Origin: Owenia fusiformis
Taxonomy: Eukaryota
NCBI GenBank assembly: GCA_903813345.2
Contig: CAIIXF020000001.1
Location: forward strand, 35,092,001-35,156,000
Length of the DNA stretch: 64,000 nucleotides
Direction: 5' to 3'
This document shows positions 39,720 through 51,427 of the stretch, piece by piece. The notes beneath the pieces were generated by a model. That model was not told the DNA's origin, did not search any database, and saw nothing but the letters and a program-made list of their open reading frames with translations. The number at the start of each line of letters is the position of its first letter. Positions within the stretch are counted from its first letter, which is position 1. The position numbers and the translations under genes were made by a program.

Positions 39720-42700
39720 ATGGCGACTGTTGGATTGGAAATATTATTTTCGTCAGTAAAAACTCAAATTTCATCTTGTCAAGATGCCCTAGTATGCTGC
39801 TTACATTGGAATTTGATAGTCAATGGTTTCAAGAACATCGGATCTGGCGATCAAGTAACAATTATTCATTTTCAGTAGTTTTTGTTCAACATTTGAATTT
39901 TTCGTCAATATTATTAGTCTAGCCGACATCTTAAAAGCCTGTTACACTGCTTCAAAGGCAAGCAGTTAAACCAGAAATATAAGAAATCTAAATAATATTG
40001 TGCAATAATATAGAAAAATATATTCATATTGCACATGAATGACATTTGTATACACAGATATTGGCCAGATCGTTTTGTAGTAGGATCTCATAAGCTTAAA
40101 GAATATTTATTGAGCTAGATCTAGACTAAACCCGTCTGGCCTTACTTCCTGCGAAAGCTATTTGGATTTTGATATAATCTAACATGGCTCTCGAAGTGAG
40201 TAAGTCTGGCCCAGTAATCTACTCCTGATTCTGAATTGGAGTAGATAACTGGGCCAGACGGGTTTGGTTAGATCTACTGATCCTACTACAAAAGAATCTG
40301 GCCGGGATCTATGTTTGTATATGTTGAATTGCTTGTAATTTGGCTCATAAAGTCTGTAACCTCTGTAACCTCTTATATTTTGATGCTTCAATAGATTCCT
40401 TGGTATTTTAGCATTCTTTTCGTGTAGTTGAATCCACAATTGTCTGGGTATACCGGCAGATTGGGAACATTTTTCTTTTTCATTGAGAGAGATTCCATCA
40501 CTTTCCAAAATGGCAGTTGGATTTAAAAGGGGATTCCCCATTTGACTGGCCCGGAAGTACCAATAAATGGAGGAATTTGACGGTTGAAATAAGTTAAATA
40601 TTACAAGCAAATATTGCGATCAAAAACGAAAATTTGTTCGTTCTGCCGATAAACCCAGAAAATTGTGGATTCGACTACACGAAAAGAATACTAAAATACC
40701 AAGGAATCTATTGAAGTAGGTATCTTAAGTGTAAGGGGCGTAGATAATTCTCCCAAGTTGTAATCGTACAGGCAAAAGATTGCGCTCGGTCCAGGACTAT
40801 AGTCCTGACACGGGATAACATTTCACTGTTTTATTGCATCATTAAAACCTAAAAAATAAGAAATCAAAATATCATAATGCAATAATATATGGAAAAATAT
40901 ATTCCTATTGTACATGAATGACATCTGTATATCTTGGATTGCTTCTAGTTTGGAATTCTTCAAATTTCAAGAGGGCACAGGCTTATTGCACAGATCCGGA
41001 GCCAGATCCAGCCCCTATTGGTAGTAGGCTCAAAGGATAAATGGGAAGATAAAACACGAGCCAAAAATGGCACATCAAAAAATGACCACCCAAAAATATG
41101 ACCCTCGTACTGACCTTTATTTTTTCCATCTGTCAGACATTGATTGATCAATATTTACCATGTAATCTCTTCTTTATGTATTAGTTTGAATGGTTGCATG
41201 ATATCCATTATTGACGCTGTAATTCGAATTTTCCCGGGACATTCATTTCAAATTTTCAGAGCGTAAAGATAATGGAGTGCTTCGGTAATTTCCGGCAGTG
41301 TCCGATGTTGTTTGTCTCTCAAATTACGTCACATCGCAACAAACAGCCAATGAAAGTAAAGGATCGCGTAGTCTAACAAACCGTTGTTATTGTTTCTACA
41401 GGAGTTTAAAGAAACGTCATGGGACTTCTCGGTAATCTCTGATGTGACGTCATCCGGAGTGGCGTCACATTCTCAGAAAAGGCATTTGACTTCAGGAATA
41501 AACATTTGAACAACGGAAATAGCTGAAGCATTCCATTAAATATACGCTCGCTTATTTTATGCTTTTATCAACAGACGCTTTCTTGGATGTGTGGCTTTAG
41601 TGATTGGAGTTGAAGCTAACAACAGTACACATCGTTTGAGGTATGACATGTGATATTTATTGATTTAAACTGACTCCAAAATCAAGGAAAAATAAATTTT
41701 CCGAATATCTTGTGTCTTGTCCTTGAGTATATTTATTGAGCCTAGACACCACTGAAAAAGAGGTAATCTGGCAGAGCTCCGTGGCTTATTGCACAAAAAA
41801 CTAAAAAATCTGAAATATACAAATGTCATTCATGTACAATATGAATATACTTTTCCATATATTATTGAACAATGGTCTCTTGATTTCTTATTTTTGGGGT
41901 TCTACTGACGCAATAAAACAGTGAAATGGACTCTAGAGTCTAGACTACAGTGTTCACCATAAATAAATAACACCTGAATTTGCTGAAGTCAGGATTTCCC
42001 ATGTTAAAAATAAAATAATTTTAAAGAGGCAGTACATCAGTGGACGAGAGTATACAAAATGTAAAATATCGAGACATTATTGGAAAGTATGAAGTCTCAA
42101 ATCACCATGGTCTGGGAATGGTGATATAAAATCAAGATGCCATTTATTTATGGTGAGCACTATAGATTCGATTTTTTCTGTACTTTTGTATATTTATGTC
42201 AATAGAAATCTAGAATAGAATGTGATTTAAACCTTAGATTTGAAAATAGATCTATGGTTTGGTTTCAATTGATTTTAGAAAAAGGAAAATGAAGCTATGT
42301 ACAAGCTTTCCAATTTATAATATATGACTGTTAGATACGCAGTGAGCAATATCAATCTTCATTATGCAGTTATTAGACTGAAAGTGCAGTTACTCTTTTG
42401 ACTTCTGGTTTGGACTCCCGTTTTTGTTCAGTCATAATCACTGAGTGTGTGTATATTTCACCTTATTTTTTAACTTCAGTTAAGTCTCAATAATCTAAGC
42501 ATTATTTTGATACTTAAAACATGGTCAGAATCACTTGCAAATCACAGATATTGAGCTTGAAGCACACATTTCTTACTTTTTTGGACCAAAACTCTGTTTG
42601 TGGACATGACCTCATATCTATTTGAAAATCGCCGAGAAATTTCTGACAAGTTACAAAAATTTGAAAGTTGAATAAACATAAAATATCACTGATCAAAGCC

Positions 42701-45700
42701 TCTGGCATGAGAAAAAATATTTTTTTCTAAGTTACCGCATGCTATTAGATAGATGGTGCTGACTGTGGTTAAATCTATATACTTCTTGAACTGTGTGATT
42801 CCCAAATGTCTGTCTAGACTAAGCTAAAATTAAGTGTGTGCTTCAGTCAAAGAAAATAAGATTTTGACCAAGCAATTTACCGAGAATACATACTACAGTT
42901 TGGATCATAGATAAATGAGTAGTCGATTTTCTATCACCATTTCCAAACCATGGTAGTTTGAAACCCCATAGTTTCCAATATACTGTACTTAAATATCTGA
43001 AATATGCAAAAGTTAGGCCTTGTAATTATGTTTCTATTTTTCATATATTATGTAACAATGCGGTTCTTTAATTGCTTATTTTTTAGATTGTTGTTTATAG
43101 AATTATAAATCTGATTTTAAGGCATTGTTTTCCAAGATGGTATTGAAAACCCCGGGTAAAACCAAGAAGAATGATTTTCTTTTCCATTGAATGATGGTCT
43201 TTCTGTAATGTATTTAAAAACACAACTGGATTCTTAACAGTATTGGTTACAAAATTAAATTATTATTATTTCTACTTATTAGGTTACCTTGCAGATTAAT
43301 AGCATTTCCCATTTCTAGATGAGTTTGTCACCAAATAAAGAAAATACATGTAATGCATCTATTTTAAGGCACCTAGAAAGGGAGTGTCAGTGAAAAAAAG
43401 TGAGCTATTACCTGCCAATTGGAGTGAGAGTCAAGATGTCTACTCCTTGCTATACCAACCATCCACTGGGAATGACACACATATTTTGAAAGTGGTCCGA
43501 ATGGATAATACATTACTTGTGCACTTAATGGTAAAGATTATTTTACTTTTGATTAGGCAGGAATTGATTAAGAATTTTTTGAGTTCACCTTTTTTCACTT
43601 AAAATTATTCCAGATGTGACATTTATGGAAAAATAATTGAAACAATTATTTAATATTTTGACAGATATTTTACATTATGAGAATAAAAAGAAAATAAGAA
43701 TCCTCACACCTTTCCATCATCCCTCCACAAAACTGGATTTAACATCTCATTCTTTGCTTTTCATAGAGAACCTCAGATGAGTCTGTATCGAGTATTACCC
43801 TCAATGTAGATGATTATACAACAGACGATTTGTCAACATTTGAAAGGTAATCTAACCTTTGATCACCATTATTTATATAAGAAGTTCCTCACCATGTGAT
43901 CCAAGTATGCATGCTGCTAAAGTACTACTTTGTTTTTTAAATTGTTTGTTACATATTTATTAGAACTGATGGTGTTTTTCTGCAAAAATCTGTTATTTAA
44001 AAACTTTTTGTTTGTGATATACAATCTCTCATAATAACTGCTACATTTTTTACCTTTCAGTCAGTGTAAATGTTTTTGTCATTACTTTGTACGTTATGTA
44101 TTCACACCAAATGACAAATATTTTACATGAACTTGCAGTGTATATAAAGACATCTCTAAGTTAGAAAGGCTCTTCAAGAAAGAGTTGATTGATACCCTCT
44201 CCCCCCAAGAGCCACAGGGAAGCCAGGCATCTAATGCCCAGGCAGACAGGTCTCACCCCAGGAGAGAGGAGGACCCCCTTAGAGTACCCCCAAGGCATGG
44301 TGACAGACAACCCCCAGATTGGTGAGCCTTAATATTTAAAATCTGATAATCATAGATTAATATTAAGTGACAAGTATAGATGTCAGTGGAAAAGAATTTG
44401 TTTTACAATTGTTCAGATTATCAGAAAAGCAATCTGGTTGTATTCAAGAAGCAATAAATGAGAATGTTTTCAGTGTTGCATTGGATGCATGTACTTTAGG
44501 AGTTGCATTTTGGTGTTTTTTGTTTCAGGGGTGAGCCTTCAAACCCATTCAGTATAGGGCGGGGAGACCTGGACCCCCTGGCTGGGGGTAGAGGGGGTGG
44601 TATGCTGATGGACCCCTCTAGGGGAGGGTTTCCCCTTGGAGGAGGCATGAACCCTGATATAGGTCTCCCTGGACCTGCAAGGTTACCCAGGTAAAACATT
44701 GCAAATCCATCTTGATTGTACATTTCAAAAATTAGAAACTCCTAAGGGATTGCAAACGTTTCAAGGATTGATTTCAATGAATGCTTACACTTGTTTACAC
44801 CTCAAAGAAACACCAAAGGGAATCACAAAAAGTGTAGTTCAGAGTTTAGCTTACAGAGAGGTCTTTTTGGAAATCAATAAGTTTTCTATTTTTTCCTCTC
44901 AAGGCTCAAGCCCATTATGGATTTATTTAAGCCTCCGTGTATATTGATTTTTTTATAATCGTTATATCATATACCTGTACAGTGAAACCTGGGACAGAAA
45001 AAAGATTCAATTTGAGAGGTGTTCAGATTAGAAAGGTGTTTGGTTATAAAGGTTTTGATACTAAATACTTGCGCAAGAACAGTGGCTAGAGTGTAGGTTT
45101 CCCCAATGTTGTGTCCCAGAATTTCATGACCCTCACCCTCTTATAATGAAGTAGAACACTTATTGATGTTTTTTTAATCAAAAGGTGAATCCTAGTATTG
45201 CAGTTCTAAATGTTCATTATTAATGTTAATATATTGACCTTGTCTGTGATATAAATTGTAGGTATTATACAGTGCTGTAAACTGCTTTAATTTGACAGCC
45301 GTATCAATCTGGTGTATTGATAAAAAATGTCAAATTAAATCTCTATCAATTTTTCGAAAAAGTCCTCGGTACCTGAAGTAACATTGAGAATTCTTTAAAT
45401 AATTTAATTGTAACTCCATTTTATTACATCTTAGCTCAAATATGAAGGTAAAAACCCCCTGTGCCACCCAAGAGTAACCTGGGCATGTGGTTTCACAGCA
45501 AGCCCTCCAATATCCATATTTTACAGATGGATGGTCAATCCACCAAATTAAATAGTGTCAAATTTAGGCAATTTACTGCATACAGATATAGCAATTAGCG
45601 ATACATTATACACCAGTACATGTTAAACATCAGTGACTGTGTCCATTTCACTAATACTGTGTTGTTGTTTTTTATATTGCAGAGGTGCAGTACCCCCTGG

Positions 45701-46367
45701 GGCAAGATTTGACCCTTTTGGCCCCCCACCCCCAGATCTAGTCCCATCAGGGGAACCTCGTGGGGGACACAGAGTAGGGTAAGTTCATCAGTTCTCAGTA
45801 ATATGTAATGGGATGCAGAAGAGTACCATAAATATAGTCTCTAGTTTCAGAATCCAATGGTCAATCATGATTTGAAAATTGTTTTGTGATAAATAACTTG
45901 CTTCAATGAATTGATTATATATTGAACGTTTATCACTTTGTAACCATGTTTTAAAACATTTGTTCAGCGAAAAACATGAAATATTTAACGAGTTTAAGAA
46001 TATCAAAAATGACATTTGTATTTGAGATTCTGTGTCCAAAATGTTGACAAATCCATTGTTTCACCAGCACATCTAACAAATTAATGTGGCATGTTTATAT
46101 CAAATGCTAAAAAATACAAGAAATATACAATCATGTTATGTTATCAGAACATTAACATTTTTATATCTTTTTTTGAAAGCCCCAGACTTCTTTTAATCAA
46201 AATTTTATTCCAATTTACTCTTTTTACCCAACATTTTATTCAGAATTACTAATTCACAGCTCTAAATCATGCAAATTTGAATGGTTTCAGAATAAAGTCA
46301 TATTTTTATTTTCAGGCCTGATAATGACCACCTGCCGCCTCCTGGTTACGATGATATGTTTATGTGA
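39720..46367 (+). CDS. PSMF1: Proteasome inhibitor PI31 subunit
   Basis: Exons 39720-39854 (MATVGLEILFSSV...QDALVCCLHW), 43369-43530 (KKSELLPANW), 43767-43846, 44139-44321 (EDPLRVPP), 44529-44690 (IGRGDLDPL...GGMLMDP), 45683-45778 (GAVPPGARFDPFGP) and 46316-46367 (PDNDHLPPPGYDDMFM*). Confidence 0.96.
40819..41928. mobile_element. Element with terminal inverted repeats of about 110 bp in PSMF1 intron 1; a third arm copy at about 39965-40055
   Basis: CATTTCACTGTTTTATTGC...ATTGTACATGAATGACAT(C)TGTATAT at 40819-40932, and its imperfect reverse complement at 41815-41928. No TSD identified. Confidence 0.65.
41948..42162. mobile_element. Tc1/mariner-type MITE
   Basis: TA|CAGTGTTCACCATAAATAAAT ... 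ATTTATTTATGGTGAGCACTA|TA. Confidence 0.78.
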
Positions 46368-47003
46368 TCTAAAATATGCACCAGCTGACCATTAAGGGAC
46401 TAATACTATGAGGACTTTCCTATCCAATGTGATCCAGAATCTCTATTATAACTCTAATGAACATGTAATTGTTTATGTTTCCAATTAGACTCCTTCATTT
46501 TGATAGTAAAAGAAGAATGGTTGAAATATTCCTATTCCATATTCTAGAATAAAATGTTATCAAAAAAAACATTGATAAATTATAAATTATAAAATATTTT
46601 GAAATGTTGCCGTTTTATCAGAGTTTTATCTGACGAAAATGCTCAAAAGAAAAAAGATTTGTATTAACTTGAGCCTATGCTTGTAGAATAAGAATACAAA
46701 GAGTACACTAATACTTATTGCGTTGCAGAAATACCTTGTATAAAATACATATTTTTAGTTTGTCACGTCTCCAAGTTACTTTTAAGCACTAAAAGTAGAG
46801 AAGTTCTGTTATATTTTCATATTTAAAATATGTATATATTTTGTGCAATAAAGAAATTCAGTAAAACTAAGTAAATATTTTTGAAAAGCCCGTTATATTG
46901 TTATCCCAATATCACTGCTTCCCCATCCAGTTACTTCAACATACTGCAAAGAAACAACATGATGTCCTTCTGGTTTCTTGATTCACACTTTACAAATAGG
47001 TCA

Positions 47004-47900
47004 AACTAGAAAACAGCAACTCCTCAGAGTAATAAAATGTATTTTATCAAATTACCTTTCATTTTGAACACAATATGATAGAAATGACAAGGAATTAGTA
47101 TAGTAACATTGTCTCCTTTTGGCAAAATCTACACCAATGGTGTTACATGATTTGGTATTATAGATTCCTTCTTGAGTAGAGGTCCTATGGCCATGATGTG
47201 TTAGCCTGAAAAATCTGACCAAAACATGATACTGGTAGACTATTAGCATTATCCTAAAAAGAGTTCTGGAAAATGGCAGTCATTTTGTATTCAGTCAGTC
47301 GGTAGTCTTGAAAATTCCTTAAAATATAGTTATATGGCTTTAAGGCATCAGCACATGAAATCCTAACCAAATCTGACAACTGGTATACTTGATTATGAAT
47401 AATTCTATTTTCCATGAAATATGGTGACCATTTTGAATTAAGCAGCCATCTTGAAACTTTCTTCTTGAGAAGAGGCCTGTATCCCTCTGGCATCAGCAAA
47501 TAAAATTGAAAATCTGTCAACTGGTATATGAGTTATCAGAGATTACATTTTTACTAAAAATGGCAGCATTTTGAGTTCAGTGGCCATCTTGAAAAATCCT
47601 TCTTGAGCAATTTACAATTTCTTTTGTTAAGCCCACTCACTAGATCCAATTCTCCCTTGAAGCCTAGCAACCATCTTGAAAATCCTTCTTTGGCAGAGTC
47701 CTATGTCCCCAAGGCATCAGCATTTAAATTTGATTCGAATCCTTTGACTGGTGTTTGAGTTATCAAAGATTACATTTTTTATGAAAATGGCGGCCATTTG
47801 AATTCAGCAACCATCTTGAAAATCTCTTCTCAAACAGAGCTCAAATGACCCTCAAGGATCAACATATGAACTAAATCTTTAATTTTTTCTTACAAATATG
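47004..47900. mobile_element. Degenerate HINE-like element between the PSMF1 and RFC1 3' ends
   Basis: AACTAGAAAACAGCAACTCC head and several diverged GCCATCTTGAAA...GGCATCAGCA...GAGTTATCAAAGATTAC units, as in 55494-56680. Confidence 0.65.
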
Positions 47901-48394
47901 GCCATTCTTTTGAATTATTGAGCAGCCGTTTTCAATTTCAATTCCTTTCCTTCCTTCAGCAAATCTATCTATTTGCTCCAAATCTCTTCCATTTAGGCCA
48001 AAACACTTATTTGCTATAGTGAAAGAAGATAAACAATGTATCTTTGTTCCATTTATATGTGTTTATTCATTCATAGTATCATAATATTTTTCGCATTATT
48101 TGCATAGAAATGTCATATAACAGCTGGGATATAAATAAATCATTAATTTCTTTATAAGCAATCCTTTTCCTCTTGACATCACTAGTGGTATTTTAAAAGC
48201 TATGAGCAATTTCATGAGAGTCACCTGTTTTCATAGCATATAGCAACCATATTGGCATATTAGTATCTACATAATGTGCATATAAAGATTTGCTAGTACA
48301 TTTGGTAATTGTTCAATCCTTTCGACAAAATAGCAGAATTTGTCACAATATCAGCAGAATCTAAATCCACACTGTCTTCATATAAAAATAATGT

Positions 48395-50141
48395 CTATTT
48401 CTTTCCTTTGCCTTTCCCCTTTCCTTTGCCTTTGTCAGTTGTTGCTGACTTCTTAGTGGTTTTTCCTCCTGGTTTGTTCTTCTGTAAAAGATTTTTTAAT
48501 ATATTATTATGTGAAGAAATTGCAAATGACTTCAAAATTGATTGCTAAATCTTTGTAATATTCCAAAGTCACAAAATTAAATATAATCAAAATAAGTAGA
48601 AATATAGTTGATTAATGGATGACCTTTGTTCTCTGAAATGGCTCTAAATTATTAATACATTAGACCAATAAGGCATTATCAAAAAACCTCACCACCTGTC
48701 ATTTGTTACAGACGTTACATTTGTTACAGTTGTTATTAACTCGGAACCTCAATTAGTTTGGGATACATGGGTATATACAGGCTTCATTAATTACCTTCAT
48801 AAAAGCATCTGCAGTAACCTCCTCTTCCTCATCTTCACCCTGTGTTGCACCTTCCACATCCTCATCTCCCTCTAGTTGATCAGTGTTGGCCCCTCCACCT
48901 CGTTTCTTCTTCACAGGAGCACCCTCAGTGGAATAGGGTGTAGCGTGTGACTCCTTGTTGTAGGTGCGGGTGAATGCTGATTTAACCTGGAATAACACCA
49001 AAGAAATACATTTTTAATAAATGAGATAATCTGACTATTTTATATGATAAAAGGAAGCCTGGAATCCTATACAACAATATTTCATCAGACAATCTGACAA
49101 TAGCTAATGTGAATTTTACACAGTTTAAAAATTGGGATAGATATTAATTTGGTAACCCAGTATCATCCCATATAACCTTCTGATAGTATCATCACAATTT
49201 TTTTTAAATTTCATTTTCTTCTAGATCTATATTCCCCTTTTATTGCAGAATTTAGAAGATAAAAGCTGTACAAGTAATCTGTCTTTAAATAATCACATTT
49301 TAAACATCTTACTTTAGTGGCAACTTTGGACATTGGGTTCTGTTCATTTGACCACAGCGTGATATCCATGATATTGTCAAAGTCTTCTTTCAGCATGTTG
49401 TACTCATCCAGCATATCTATGACCTCTCTGACCCCCTCTGTCTCACTCTCTATTAAAGGCTTTGTCAGACGGTGTTTCATGTGGGGGAGATATTCCATAC
49501 TGAGGCCCTCTTTTGCACAAGATACCCTGGAGAAAAGCAGGTAATATTTGGTATTCATGTTTATTGCATTGATAATGGTCACAACCAAAATTCCATATGA
49601 GAGTGTATTAGTGTATAAACTGAATCAATAAGGTTATCCTGAATTGCCAATGTCTTGCCTTAAAGGATAAGGGCAAGAGTGTAAAATCAAAACTAGGCTT
49701 TCCTCATGAGTGTAATTTTATTTTATGAAAACTTTCGAGGATTTTGTTGGTCGGGGGGGGGGATTTTCATTGTTCAGTACACTATATTGAACACTTAATA
49801 CTAAGTCAGAAAACAATACATGTTGTTGATGTGTTTATTCTACAATATCAAAACTAAGCTTTCCTCATAATTCTAATTTTATTTTATGAAAAAAGAAACA
49901 ATATGGGTGAGGTTAAATCAATGGATTTAATTCTGAGAGCAGATGAAGCTCTCTTTTAAAAGAAGCAAAACTAAACTATTTGAACAGTGCATCCTTACTT
50001 GAGTCTCATATGCGTGCGTAGCTCTTGTAGAATTCTATTTGTCTTGGTTTTTGTTGAGTTTTTGCCCAGCCAGGAGGGGAAGTTGATCTGACCACAAGAG
50101 CCTGACATATACTCCCCAGGTAGAACACTGGCAAACATGGC
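48395..50141 (-). CDS. RFC1: Replication factor C subunit 1, last four exons
   Basis: Exons 50141-49999 (AMFASVLPGEYM...FPSWLGKNS), 49526-49313 (EYLPH...LTKPL...YNMLKEDFDNI), 48986-48795 (VKSAFTRTYNK) and 48481-48395 (K/G-rich tail, stop). No further RFC1 exon was recognised between 50142 and 64000. Confidence 0.93.
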
Positions 50142-50924
50142 CTATAATTACATAAATATCAAAAATTATATTCATTTGAAATATACTACATATATAACGT
50201 TTGCAGTTATTTTCTGGTTTAAATCGATGTCAAGTGTTCTCTGACAGTAAGCCAAAATACAGAGGTCTATTGCTTTGCTAAGAAAATCCACAAAATCAAG
50301 TGTTTTCTATATTTGGTATCATGTATGTTTCTTGGTTGCATTATGATATCACCATTTTTCTGTCTGTCTTAATTGATACTAATCAGCTATAAAAAAAACC
50401 AAACAATTGACCACTCTGATTAGAATTGAGTACATGTATTTAGATTGAGGTAAACATATTAGCATTATAAGTATGCTCCTAGAGAAAAACAAACTTGAAA
50501 ATAAGTTTTGCTTCCCTTTTTCCAACATTAGGGTGGATCTGATGAGTAAGTGGACTTGAAAATGTAGCTTTTGTTTATGCCCATAACTTATAATTTTGTA
50601 GGGGTTCATGACACTTTTCAAATTAAAACCTATATTGAAGGAAATAATGATGAACATTCAAAAATGTAATATCCTTCTCTTAATTGTAATTGACCAGTGA
50701 TTATTAAACAGTTACTAATTTAAAATAATATGATAATTTGGAAGAAAATAGTACAATGGTCTAAATCCAACTGCAAATGACGAAAAAAAACTATATAACG
50801 GCAATGCCAAGGTGTAGCAAATCAAATCAAATGTCTGTAAGTAGGCAACATTTCTCAAGCATACTATATTTGAGAATTATTTTTTGCATAAAATCTATTA
50901 CCATTATGGATCCCTCTTTTCAAA

Positions 50925-51230
50925 TAAATGGATGAATGAATAGATGGATGGATGGATGGATGGATGGATAGATGGATGGATCTATAAATGGATGGATGGA
51001 TGGATGAATAGATGGATGGATGGATGGATGGATGAATGGACTGATAGATGGATTGATGGATAGATGGGTGGACAGATGTATAAACAGATGGATGGATATA
51101 TAACTTGAATGGATTGGATGGATTGATATATGGATGGATGGACACATGTATAAATGGATGGATGGATGGACGATGGATAAATGGATGGATGTATGAATAA
51201 TGGACAGATGAATGGATGGATGGATGAAAT
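50925..51230. repeat. Imperfect (ATGG)n microsatellite
   Basis: About 300 bp of GATG/GATA/GAAT tetramers; it explains the SIHP-repeat ORFs. Confidence 0.95.
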
Positions 51231-51427
51231 AACTGAGAGACAAATGGATTCCCTAATAAGAATCAATATCCTACATTCATAAATAATTAATTATTCAATA
51301 AAAAGACCATTCATTATATTATACATACAACTGGCTCAACTCCATGATTCTAGCCTAATAAAGCTATTATTTTATGAACATATGAGGCTTTCATTAAGTC
51401 TTAAAACATCAGTAGATAAGCAGTAGA

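Noticed and set aside
50864..51266. Three overlapping ORFs with SIHP/HPSI repeats
   Set aside because: They are translations of the (ATGG)n microsatellite.
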